A stretch of DNA of 64,000 nt from Trichoplax adhaerens (Eukaryota > Animalia > Placozoa). The position numbers were made by a program, and so were the translations under genes. A model generated the notes under the pieces. That model made no database searches. It was not told the origin of the DNA and saw only the letters and a program-made list of their open reading frames with translations. Positions 41,301 through 53,252 of the stretch are shown one piece after another (the first letter of the stretch is position 1; every line of letters starts with the position of its first letter). The DNA lies in the NCBI RefSeq assembly GCF_000150275.1, contig NW_002060952.1, positions 270,482 to 334,481 of the forward strand, written 5' to 3'.

Positions 41301-43855
41301 TATAACGCAGTAACATTGAAATGTTGACCTGTACCATAATAGAAACATATAAAGAGGTTATTAGGATAGATCATTACATCTTTGTAACTATAAATGAAAC
41401 ATTAAAAGGTTTTAGATCTATTAGTTATCACTCGAGAACAGTGAATGAACAAGTGCCATGATTTACTATATTACTAGCGAGTAGAGATGGCTTCAACATA
41501 ATACTATATTCAGTATCAGTTTTATTAAATATCATTTCGAGGTAGCATAGGCAAAATTTGGGAAATTAATCATAAAGTAGAGAAATTTCAATTAGGGCCA
41601 ATAATAATATTATCATGAAATGAGATAGAAACACTACTTATAACTTCGCTACGATAAGATCCAACTACAGAGTTGAGGTTTATATTCAAAGAGGCATGGA
41701 AAAGCAAGATTGAAACAATTTATTACTCACAGTAACAGCGTTTTGTATGACGGCAGTATCGGATGACAGCCTATTCGTTAATTCACCAGTTCTATTCTTA
41801 TCGAAAAATCCGATTTCTTGCACGATAATGGCATTAAATAGCTAAAGCATAATAAATAAACATCATTAGAAAGAATACCATTGACATAATAAAGCTTAAC
41901 AGTTGATAGTACAACAATGGACAAGTGCACGTTTACCATTTTCCGAATTCTTGCCACTAATCGTTCACCAGCTAAAGTGAATAACCAAGAACGGAAAAAG
42001 CTAGCAATGGATCCACCGACGTAAATTGCAAGTAGAATCACCACCGTTGTATTTAGACCTCCTGGTAAAACAATGAGATCGATAGTTTAGCGTGTTGTGA
42101 TTTCAAACATAAACATTTCGATTTCGAGCAAATTACGTTCTTAATGAATGGATAGTAAACAAAGTGAACAAGGAAACTTGGCCTAGTGAGCCACTAACAC
42201 GGTCTATAACTTTAGATCGATGAGTATTGACAAATGATTAATAAAGTAAATAGCACTGATTAACTAATTATAGTTTATTTTAATAAATTGATACATAGAT
42301 GCATATGACTACTTCGTTGAAGTAGTAGCCACAGAATTACAGCTTCAGTTTACGCGTCTTAACTAAAATTGCATTAGATACTTTTATCAGATTGTATTAA
42401 TTCATTTTTAAAATTTTAGTTACTGTTTTGTCAACTAATGTATCCTTGTGTAATATGAACAACGGAGAATACCAGCGATTTATGTTCGCTATTTAATTAA
42501 ACGGTATCTTTTCGGTGTCTATATGACTGCTTAGTAACGTAAACATAGATAGTGGCTAGCTTACGATTTTTATCTACTGAAATTAAAATTGGTCATGATT
42601 AGCCATGAATCTTTAAGACATGTGAGAAAATCTCAATCGAGAACTATCAGTGTTTTTATAGCGAGTCCAAGTGAGTAAATTCTTGTCGAAAAAATGTGAG
42701 AAAGATACATGTGTAAATAAATATCACTCCTACGATTGAATGTTTCTAAAACAAGAAGATAGAGCAAACCTTCGTTGCGAGTAATAGCATTATTGATAAC
42801 TTGACCAAAGAAATAAGGAGCGATCATTAAAGTACCGCTCGATACTAGCAAGGCTAGAACACCACCAAGTATAATCCAAAATTCCTATAATGAGTTGGGA
42901 AAGAGTTTGAGGATCAAAGTTGTAAGTGTATGCTTGGTGTCATTTGCATAGGTAAGTACGTTATTAACAGTCAATAAACATACAGGTAATTCACCAATTA
43001 TAATGATTGACATCTTTTCGTAACGGTACAAATTTGCATTCTACAACGTATAATGTGCAGTTGCGTCTGCTTGTATGCTTAGATTATAGTATGTTTACTA
43101 ATTCTTTTTTTGATACTTGCTACTAAGTACAATCACAACAAGACTACTATCGAGCGACATCTAACCTCTTTAGCTAAACCAAGAACTCGACGCAAATTAG
43201 CTGTGCCTTTCGAAGGATTAAATTTTCGATATTGTCCAACGCGACTGATTAAAGTATTGGCTGGTAAAGTAGCTACTAATTCGATGAGGGTAAAGACAAG
43301 TGAGGCAATAGCACAACCGACATAACTGGAATTCATGGCTGCTCGATCGGCCTTGGAAGCCGGTAAATAAAGAAGGATTAATTTTGCCATAGAATAGGCC
43401 ATAAATCCTAAAGTGAAAAGGATTGAAAGAAATAACACTATTGTTTTCCTTCGTAGTAAGCCGGTACCGCGCGGATGATCGATGATGATTGCAGCAGTAT
43501 CTTCAAATCTTGTCCATAACAAGAATAACAAGATCATTCTAGCTAAAGCTAAACACGCTAAATCAAACACCGACGTGGTGATCGTAAAATGAAATATACT
43601 CTTTCTTAACTGAGTAGAATCACCACCGGCTAGCCATAAAGTAACACAAGTAATACCGTCGATCAATAGAATTAAGCGTAAAAGGTTATTATATCGCATA
43701 AACGGCAATGTGAACGGCTTGAGTATTTTAACACGGACTTCAGCTTCATCCGTTTGGGTATTCCCTCCATTCACTTTATCGTTATTATTAATGAGATAAC
43801 GAGTATCATGATTCTGATCAATTTCAATGGAGTCACTGGTCTGGCTAGAACTCAT
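38367..43855 (-). CDS. ABC subfamily B half-transporter with N-terminal TMD0 (ABCB9/TAP-like), about 800 aa, 17 exons
   Basis: Exons assembled by hand, all GT-AG with consistent phases: 43166-43855, 42770-42884, 41937-42061, 41731-41841, 41193-41328, 40844-41032, 40724-40758, 40559-40634, 40389-40462, 40030-40123, 39880-39941, 39615-39741, 39355-39488, 39229-39282, 39002-39118, 38777-38899, 38367-38507 (2403 nt incl. TAG). TMD motifs [14 protein letters not shown] and [14 protein letters not shown]; Walker [10 protein letters not shown]; Q-loop VSQEP; signature LSGGQKQR; Walker B/D-loop LLLDEATSALD; H-loop IAHRLST. Confidence 0.93.
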
Positions 43856-43899
43856 CTTGGTATAGAATACGTCGAATAGCAAAGTAGAAACGATTCCAC

Positions 43900-44430
43900 A
43901 GCAAGATTGGATGGGTTGGAGACCAACAGATTGTTGAAATTCTTCAAGTTGAGAGCGCGACGAACGAGGGGGGGGGGGAGAAAGTGCAGCAAGATTTGGC
44001 CGTCGACGCGTTTATATACTACCGTAGACGATGTGGTAGGGGTGACACTATGGATGAGCACGTCCACGTATGGTGACGCTCTGAACGTACACCGGTCGCC
44101 TGTAACCAATAAGATAATGCATATTGAATGACTCTTTTTAAGGTGACGGTGTTCCTTTGTATGTCCGTCACCTAGACAGTGTATGAAATACAATACGGGC
44201 GTGAGACCGGCTGATTGACAATGGTGCACGACACCCTCTACTGCGGCGGCGTACGATTGACTTTGGGCTATGGATGGCTGACTCTACAGCCTACTACCCT
44301 ACTGGTTCATACAGTAGGTGTGATTTCTTACTCTATCCTATAGCCAATCGTGTTGTACTCCTTTTACTACAGCATTTTTGCGTCACCCATGACATCATGC
44401 TAACTGACCCCAAAAATGGAAACGTGGACG
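43900..44430 (-). promoter_or_regulatory. CpG-rich promoter/5'UTR region of the ABCB gene
   Basis: CpG-dense segment immediately upstream of ATG 43855. G-run at ~43967-43978, AGCCAATC box at ~44342, TGCGTCA half-CRE at ~44379. Confidence 0.55.
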
Positions 44431-44519
44431 TTGTCCTAATGTCATAACATAGCTGTACCAAACAATCCTAACAGTCAGTACTAGCAATGGAGAATCCCCA
44501 CTTGTCCTCCATCTTTCTT

Positions 44520-46300
44520 TATTGACCGATCAATCGGTTAATTTATGCTTCGTCATTTTACTTCTACTGTAAACCAACTATATAATAAGCTTTTACAAAG
44601 CTAGGTGGCATTGTAATCAATCAATCGGCACCATTTAATCGTTCAAATACTGCTCTATTTACTTATTTCTTTCTATTTCATATTGCTTGAACCATAAACC
44701 AACTACGTCAACAAGCTTATACAAAGCTACGTAGCATTATAATCAATCGATCCACTCCATTTAGTCGGTCAAATGCTACTCTATTAACTTATGTATTTCT
44801 ATCTCATTTTGCAACTACGTCAACAAGCTTTTACAAAGCTGTGTAGCATTATAATCAATCGATCCACTCCATTTAGTCGGTCAAATGCTACTCTATTAAC
44901 TTATTTATTTCTATCTCATTTTGCAATTACGTCATCAAGCTTTTACAAAGCTACGTAGCATTATAATCAATCGATCTACTCCATTTAGTCGGTCAAATAC
45001 TACTCTATTAACTTATTTATTTCTATCTCATTTTGCAATTACGTCAACAAGCTTTTACAAAGCTGTGTAGCATTATAATCAATCGACCCACTCAATTTAG
45101 TCTGTTAAATACTACTCTATTAACGTTTTTCTATGTTGCGTTGCTTGTACCGTAAACCAACTACATGCTACGTAGCTTTTACAAAGCTACGTAGCATTAT
45201 ATCAATCGATCCACTCGATTTAGTCGGTCAAATACTACTCTATTAACTTATGTATTTCTATCTCATTTTGCAGTTACGTCAACAAGCTTTTACAAAGCTG
45301 CGTAGCATTATAATCAATCGACCCACTCAATTTAGTCTGTTAAATACTACTCTACTAACGTTTTTCTATCTCGCGTTGCTTGTACCGTAAACCAACTAAG
45401 TCATCAAGCTTTTACAAAGCTACGTAGCATTATAATCAATCGATCCACTCCATTTAGTCGGTCAAATGCTACCCTATTAACTTATTTATTTCTATCTCAT
45501 TTTGCAACTACGTTAACAAGCTTATACAAAGCTACGTAGCATTGTAATCAATCGATCCACTCGATTTAGTCGGTCAAATGCTACTCTATTAACTTATTTA
45601 TTTCTATCTCATTTTGCAATTACGTCAACAAGCTTTTACAAAGCTGCGTAGCATTATAATCAATCGATCTACTCAATTTAGTCTGTTAAATACTACTCTG
45701 TTAACTTTTTTCTATGTTGCGTTGCTTGTACCGTAAACCAACTACGTCAACAAGCTTTTACAAAGCTACGTAGCATTATAATCAATCAATCCACTCCATT
45801 TCGTCTCTTAAATACTACGCTATTAACTTCTTTCTATCTCGCGTTGCTTCTACCGCAAGCAAAGTTAATTACGTCAATAAGCTTCTTCTTACAAAGCTAC
45901 GTAGCATTGTAATCAATCGATCCACTCAATTTAGTCGGTCAAATACTACTCTATTAACTTATTTATTTCCATCTCATTTGGCAATTACGTCAACAAGCTT
46001 TTACAAAGCTACGTAGCATTATGATCAATCAATCCACTCCATTTCGTCTCTTAAATACTATTCTATTAACTTCTTTCCTAACTTTCTTAACTTCTTTCTA
46101 TCTCGCGTTGCTTCTACCGCAAACCAAGTTAACTACGTCAATAAGCTTATTCTATAAAACTTCGCAGCATTGTAATCAATCAATTAGCTCAATTTAGTCT
46201 CTCAAATACTACTCTATCAACTCCTTTCTATCTCGCTTTGCTTCTACTGTAAACCAACTGCGTCAATAACCTTTTAAAAATAACAAAGCTACGTAATATT
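44520..46300. repeat. Tandem minisatellite/satellite array, about 15 copies, two unit variants (112 bp and ~122-127 bp)
   Basis: Anchor aagctt(t/a)tacaaagct at 44587, 44713, 44825, 44937, 45049, 45173, 45284, 45406, 45518, 45630, 45752, 45879, 45995, 46143. Spacings: 126,112,112,112,124,111,122,112,112,122,127,116,148. Confidence 0.95.
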
Positions 46301-46918
46301 ATGATATAAACTAAGCCAAACCAAACTATAAATAGATCCTTTTATACGGATATGTTGCAAGAGTAGTTTCAGCAGTTACTTGCAGTTAACAGATCATCTA
46401 TAAAAATACGCCAAGGGTAACACTGGTAGTCTACTTCCTGGTAGAGCTTAAATCGTTTTCAAGTAGATAGTACATAGAAGTTGTCGACCATGCTGGACAT
46501 GAGTGAGGATAGAGCGCTCATCTATTGGCATGTCATAGATCGATAATGTTATTAATCCATAGCAACTTTGCTGCAGTAGAAGCTTATGCTTACTCCCAAG
46601 TCCAATAGGCAAGGCACAACCTGAATCTAAATCCCATACCATTTAATATGATCATTCTAAATTATCCCGGTAAAATGCACAATCACGATTACTTAGTGGC
46701 TTCGAGTATATAATAAGGGACGTATGTATGGCATGCAATTTTCATCGTATGCAAATCATAATGAATCTTAAATCACAGCTTGCGACGATTTACAGTACTA
46801 CTCTATATTTTAGGTCGACATAAAATTGATGACAGAAAATCCCCCAATTTTTATACATTTGTTTTCAGCCCAAAATCATGAAAAATACCAAGTCCAATTA
46901 GACCTGAGAAAGGTTGGG

Positions 46919-47756
46919 TTACATGACTATGACAGTGCATCGTAAAGAATCACCACAACGACATTACAAGGTAGTAGCACGCGTCTAGAAATATACTGTA
47001 TCAATCATCGAATCCCGATTGAATGGAAAGATAGATATTAGCACCCAATATTTGACTATGCATGAATCAATGCATTACCAGGCACTTCTGATGATAGCAA
47101 ATGTCTCTCTTCTGCTTCTGTGGTAGGCTTACATGACTATGACAGTGCATCGTAAAGAATCACCACAACGACATTACAAGGTAGTAGCACGCGTCTAGAA
47201 ATATATTGTATCAATCATCGAATCCCGATTGAATGGAAAGATAGATATTAGCACCCAATATTTGACTATGCATGAATCAATGCATTACCAGGCACGTCTG
47301 ATGATAGCAAATGTCTCTCTTCTGCTTCTGTGGTAGGCTTACATGACTATGACAGTGCATCGTAAAGAATCACCACAACGACATTACAAGGTAGTAGCAC
47401 GCGTCTAGAAATATACTGTATCAATCATCGAATCCCGATTGAATGGAAAGATAGATATTAGCACCCAATATTTGACTATGCATGAATCAATGCATTACCA
47501 GGCACTTCTGATGATAGCAAATGTCTCTCTTCTGCTTCTGTGGTAGGCTTACATGACTATGACAGTGCATCGTAAAGAATCACCATAACGACACTACAAG
47601 GTAATAGCACGCGTTTAGAAATCTACTGTATCAATCATCGAATCCCGATTGAATGGAAAGATAGATATTAGCACCCAATATTTGACTATGCATGAATCAA
47701 TGCATTACCAGGCACTTCTGACGATAGCAAATGTCTCTCTTCTGCAACTGTGGTAG
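46919..47756. repeat. Near-perfect tandem array, 210-bp unit x4
   Basis: acatgactatgacagtgcatcgtaaagaatcacc starts at 46921, 47131, 47341 and 47551 (exact 210-bp period). Copies 1-3 are almost identical; copy 4 has several substitutions. Confidence 0.97.
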
Positions 47757-48002
47757 AGGCCTTGGCAAGGCGCAATTTACGCCATACAATTTTCGACGCC
47801 ATCTTGCCATCGAAGTGAATCGCGCGATCAGTACTATACAGACAGTACTACAGTACGGTATAGTACTGTGCTTTACAGTACACTGTACTGTACCGTATTG
47901 TACCACACACCGCTGCTGTCGCAGGGAGAAATCTTGAGGTGGTGTTTCGAGGCTTCTTTCCTGTTTAAATTGACTTTGGCAATTGTACTGGATTGGCAAG
48001 AA
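47757..48002 (+). promoter_or_regulatory. Promoter/5'UTR of FBXO21-A with GCCAT (YY1-like) and CAGTAC/GTACTG clusters
   Basis: CpG-rich. cgccat twice plus gccat (47780-47810), including cgccatctt. Dense cagtac/gtactg motifs at 47829-47900, immediately upstream of ATG 48003. Confidence 0.5.
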
Positions 48003-51000
48003 ATGGCGATGGACTACCTCGATTATAGCATTAACCTCTTAAATCTGCCGGATGAAGTAATCGAATTCATTATAACTACAAGCAGCTTAGGACTTTTAGA
48101 TATTATCCATGTATCTGCGACTTGTAAGCAGCTGCGAGACATTGCTTGCAGTTCCACTGTTTGGCAACATCTTTCAAGATCAAGGTTGGTCCATTTGTGG
48201 TTAATATATATATATGTTACCTATACATATATATTTATTTGATATGCGTACAACTGCTACTATTACTAATATTGCTTATGAGTAGACCTGACTAAGCGTT
48301 ATGGCTATTCTACGCTCTCGAATAAAGTAAATTGTTCGTGGAAAGAGCGAAACTAGTACTATGAAGAATTGCTAATGCTGTCACTCTTGATCATTCCTTG
48401 CAATCGATACTATTCATTACACCGGCTGTACTCAATATTGACCAATAATTAATTAATATATAATTAAGAAGAGATTGGTACAGTAGCCATGGAATAGTAG
48501 AACCTGCAGTAGACTTACCTTTAGTGCTAGCCAATTTACCTTCCGTACAACCTGTATTACATTATTTGTCATTTATAGGATTATATCAGGTCATAGACTA
48601 CTACAAATAGACCAGTTCTATTTTTAATGGTCCATAATCAAATACTCAATGCTTACGGTAGAGTAAGGTAACAGTGGACCTGCAATAGATTCACCACTAG
48701 TGCTAGCCAATTTACATTCCTTACAAGTTGTATTACATGACTTATCATTTATATCAAGTCATAGACTACTAAAAATAAAACGATTCTACTGAATACTAGT
48801 CCATGATCAAGTACTCAACGTTTACGGTAGAGTAATGCAACAGTGGACATGCAGTCGACTCACCATCAGTGCTAGCCTATTGATATTCTGTACACTTGTA
48901 TTACATGTCATTTATATCAAGTCATGGACTACTAAAATAAAACAGTTCTATTTTTAGTAGTCCATGATCAAGTACTCAATGTTTGCGGTAGAGTAAGGCA
49001 ACAGTGGATCTGCAATGCACTCACCATTAGTGCTGGTTAAGTTACATGCCTTGCAAGTTGTGTATTACTGTATATTACTTGTCATTTATATCAAGTCATA
49101 GACTACTAAAAATAAAACGATTCTACTTTTACTAGTCTATGATCAATTACTTAATGTTTATGGTAAACTACCGGGTAGAGTAATGCAACACTGGACCTGC
49201 AGTGGACTCACCATTAATGCTAGCAAATTGACATTTTGTACAACCTTTATTACATTACTTGTCGTCGATACCAACTACTCAATGTTTACGAATAAGATCA
49301 GTACAGTACTGAATCATAGTAAATTTTTATTCCGTTCAACCTGTATTACATGACTTGCCATCTATCAAGTTCTACGTGACTGATACTCAAATCTAGCAGA
49401 AAGTTGTCAATACTATGTTTAATTAGAATGATTTTAAGTCTTAAATGAATAACCTATACAGTACCTGCTTAGAGTAGTTGATTATTCAACGCTGCCTATC
49501 AGTTGCTAAAGTAAATGAATTTATTTGAATACTTTGTCCAAATTGCTGATATCAGGTGGTCAAAATGGAGTCCTAAATTAACTGGTCTTGTACTAGATTG
49601 GTATCAAATATACAAAGCAAGACATAAGTTGGAGTCTCAATTCCAAGTTGAATTAGCCCAGATGAATGAAAAATATTTCAATGATGATATATTACCCCGT
49701 CAGGCTTATCAAGCTTTTGTTAATTTGATACTAAGTGACGATCACAACATTGCCACGGAAACATTGTATGAATATTTAGCCACCATTTTATCTGATAAAA
49801 GGTAAGAAACGCGATAATATGATGATAATATTCAACTACTTATGCTTACATACTACTGCTTCAGTAAACCTTTTTGCTATTCTTAGACGTTAACTTTTCC
49901 GGTCTAATTTATGTAACGTAAGCGAATGACAGAGATACACAATTATTATACGTATCATTCATTTTAGCTTACGATTCAGTTATCTTCTTTGCTATTCCTC
50001 TTTGTAGACTTTACAGGATTATTCTATGTAATAGAATCAAGTGATGAGAACTAACTATTATACATTTCATTCATTTTAGCTTAATAAATAGGATAATTAC
50101 TTGTTTTTGAAAAAGTAATGTTCTTGCAGCACGTAGTAATTATAATAAAGTTACCATCTTTTCCTTAACCCGAACATGTCTTCCATGATTAATATCGTTA
50201 TCCTTGAAATTGCAGTCAACATAATTTAACGTTGAAATATTACGGGAAAAGAGTATTCAATAATGTTTGCCTCCAGTCAATATTGAAAGAATTTTTGCAA
50301 ATGGACGATGATAAAATAAACTTGGAGGAAGGTGCTGTTATCATTTCAACATGGTTAATGCCATCCTTGGGTATAGTGCATGAAGATAGCGTGTATAAAC
50401 AATTGGATTCAATTGCTTACCAGGTGCAAAAGAAGCTGATAAATACCAAGAATGGTCAACAACTTTTAGAAAGGTTTCAAAATTCAAATGGCTATGGTAC
50501 GTAAATCAAATAAATATATTATGATGTTCATGTTTATAAATTATTTGTCCTTGATGTAGCTATAGACTATCATTTCATCTAGCCGACAACTGATTAATAT
50601 AGGATGGTGTACGTAACCATCATTATTCTATTCTTGCTGCATTTCATTAGTTTATACTAGCTTGTCGTAACTTCTTGAGTCAGATAATGTTATTTATTAA
50701 GTACACTTTTATTATATCTACTAACAATAAATAATTACCCTACAAATGCACGCAACCGCACATCAATAGGAACACCGTAATTATCTGTAAAAATTTTTCC
50801 TGGCAAAAATTAGTCTCTTAATTTGCTGTACCTTTCTTGATTACTACTACTTGCTATTAAATCTATTGTCAAGATTATAATATAAATAATTCGATAAAAT
50901 ATAATGAGTGGTTTTACAAGATATATTTTTCTGATTTCAGTCACCGATTACAATTACTGTCGTAATGTACTATCAGCAATGAATGAAGTTCTATACAATG

Positions 51001-53252
51001 ACCTAAATTTTCGCGGAAATCGCACCAATTACTATGATGATCGAAATTCGTTTATTGATCAGGTAGTTCCATTTTACACTTGAAATTGACTATATATTTC
51101 AATTACCTTCATTTACAATATGCCAAGAGCAACAGTAACGACTGAAACAAGTCTTACATTTTTCAAGGTTTTACATCGTCGGATAGGAATTCCTATAAGT
51201 CTATGCATCATTTATCTTGCTATTGCACGAAGGCTGAAAGTCAAACTGGATCCGGTAATTCCATTCTTATCTGTTATCGGAAAAAATTGCTATTATAGAA
51301 TGAACACCGTCACAGAATGAGAATATAACGAATTATATCCATATTCGTTCAATCTCTAGTATTTCAAGGGTTACGTAAATGAATAACTGATAATATTTTA
51401 TAGCTCCAAAATATAAAGGCTTATTAAGTAATACATTAACCTAGCAATTTCACATTAAATAGTTAATTATTCAACTAAATGTTTTGGTCACGCACTCTTT
51501 TAGATCGGTTTTCCTGGTCATTTCTTATTACGCTTGCAACATTCTGAAACGTACGTAATATGATTGAGGAAAAATTTCCTTATTCAATATGTAAAATAAA
51601 TAAAGTACAGTGCATACTCGTATATCAAGTATTTATAAACCATTATTACTTTAATATGTCTATAGTATGAATCTATTATCAAATATTGGCATCTAAATTA
51701 GTAATGTTTGTGCAAAATATTTCTTTCTGATTAGAGTTTATGGCGATGCTACTACAGCTGAAGTATTCATTGATGCTTTCGACCATGGTAAATTGCTCAA
51801 TCAAAATGAAGCATTTGATATGTCACCTAACCCATCACATAAGAAAATTGAACTCTTACAACCTATTAAAAACAGACAGGTGATAATAAGTTAATGTACC
51901 GTGTATATTTTCTACCTCAATGTATGTTAATAAACCTAAGCAACAGAAACAGAGTGTTTCTAGTACTGCGTTGTTTAGAAAATTTTTGTATCGTAATCTT
52001 AATGAAATTGTCCTATTTTCTAGGTACTAGCCAGAATGGTTAGAAATCTCACTAATATCTATCAGAACAACTTTAGGCGTCAAAACATGTAATTTCATTA
52101 TTACTAGATTTCTTTATTTCTAATATCCTTTTACTACAGAGTCTACATTTTGAATACAAAATAATAGGACTCTTATAAATCAATATTATTTCTTACAGAA
52201 ATAATGATCCTTCGTTTGCAACATTTTAATAGGTTAACTGCCTTAATTAATTCGCTACGCTTGATATTGCTCTTGTGTCCTGAAGATGAAGATAATCATT
52301 CCTTTTTAACACGATTGCTTTACCATTTTCACGTTTACGATGAAGAGGTCGATCATCTTTCTTGCTACAGTTTAGCGGATAAATATAAATTTCATTTGTT
52401 TTATTATTTTCAATTTTTTATTTAATTCTCGCAGGTGATCAGAAGTGCAGAAGAGAAAGCGAAGAGCGGAATTTTTAAATTAAACCTTGGGCACTTAGAT
52501 AGCTTAGAAAGGATGAAAGAATTAAAACAAAAATCCCGTAAACATGAGGTAGATGGTTGTTTGATTGGTATTCAAGTGTAGTAATTTGCTTAATATTTAG
52601 TTGCTTCAATCTTATAGTTGAAAGTTAAGCGTCGGCCGCCACATGTCAATTTACCAACAAATGTGATATACAAAGTTGGAATGATGATGCAACATCGAAG
52701 GTTGGCATACTATCTTAATCAAATTAGACATAATAACAGTATTAGCAGAGTTATATTGGTACGATTATTAATATTATACAATATAACTAATATATCAGAA
52801 AATCCTGATTAATATACATGATTTACACGGTCAATTAGCTATCAGCGTTATTATCAATACTTGAAATATCTTTGTTTTAGATATAACTATACGTGTGTAA
52901 TATATGGCTGGGATTATGAATGCAGAATGACCCAGGCTTGGGTTACACAAATGGGAGTTGATATGTTACCGAATGGAACTAAACAACCCTTTTATAATGT
53001 TCTTGTAGAAGATGGTTCACAGCGTTATGCTGCCCAAGGTAAGGGGTCTTGTTAAGCATTCTTCGCGATGGATTTACCATTCATTCATGAATTCCTTTGC
53101 TATTTTTTTCTTGCATATTAGAAAATCTACGACAAATTGAAGAACAAATCGAACCATGCCCTAACGCAGAAGTTGGCAAGTTCTTTCAATCGTTCACTGG
53201 TACAAATTATGTGCCCAATGACCAATTGCGAATTCGTTATCCAGACTACTAA
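48003..53252 (+). CDS. FBXO21: F-box only protein 21-like (F-box + transglutaminase-like/SirB1 core + YccV/HspQ-like domain), about 591 aa, 13 exons (copy A)
   Basis: Exons: 48003-48184, 49556-49801, 50216-50496, 50941-51062, 51168-51254, 51504-51550, 51735-51879, 52024-52088, 52233-52347, 52435-52548, 52618-52700, 52881-53038, 53122-53252 (1776 nt incl. TAA), all GT-AG with consistent phases. F-box LLNLPDEVIEFI...VSATCKQLR; core motifs GNRTNYYDDRNSFIDQVLHRRIGIPISL, GFPGHFLLR, FIDAF..GK, VLARMVRNL; C-terminal CVIYGWD...QPFYNVLVEDGSQRYAAQENL...RYPD. Confidence 0.9.
48470..49360. repeat. Degenerate tandem array (~160-190-bp unit, about 5 copies) in FBXO21-A intron 1
   Basis: acagtggac.tgca...tcacca.tagtgct and tttatatcaagtcat(a/g)gactactaaaa recur; anchors at ~48497, 48671, 48840, 49001, 49189. 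Confidence 0.85.

Noticed and set aside
43852-44229. 125-aa and 74-aa ORFs upstream of ABCB; similar ORFs at 3002-3220 and 47697-47999
   Set aside because: They arise from locally higher GC in promoter-like DNA, mostly have non-ATG starts and show no recognisable domains.
47085-47215. Canonical hammerhead ribozyme in the 210-bp unit (CTGATGA ... GAAA ... TC)
   Set aside because: Only 2-3 bp could be formed for stems I and II and the GAAA is ~100 nt away. Not supportable without an Infernal search, so kept only as a check.
44520-47756. Tandem arrays as a CRISPR-like repeat-spacer system
   Set aside because: Whole units repeat with no unique spacers, there are no cas-like ORFs, and the context is eukaryotic.
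52199-52232. Upstream acceptor (tcttacag, 52198) for FBXO21-A exon 9
   Set aside because: It gives an in-frame TAA; the acceptor at 52232 restores the frame and the 115-nt length seen in copy B.
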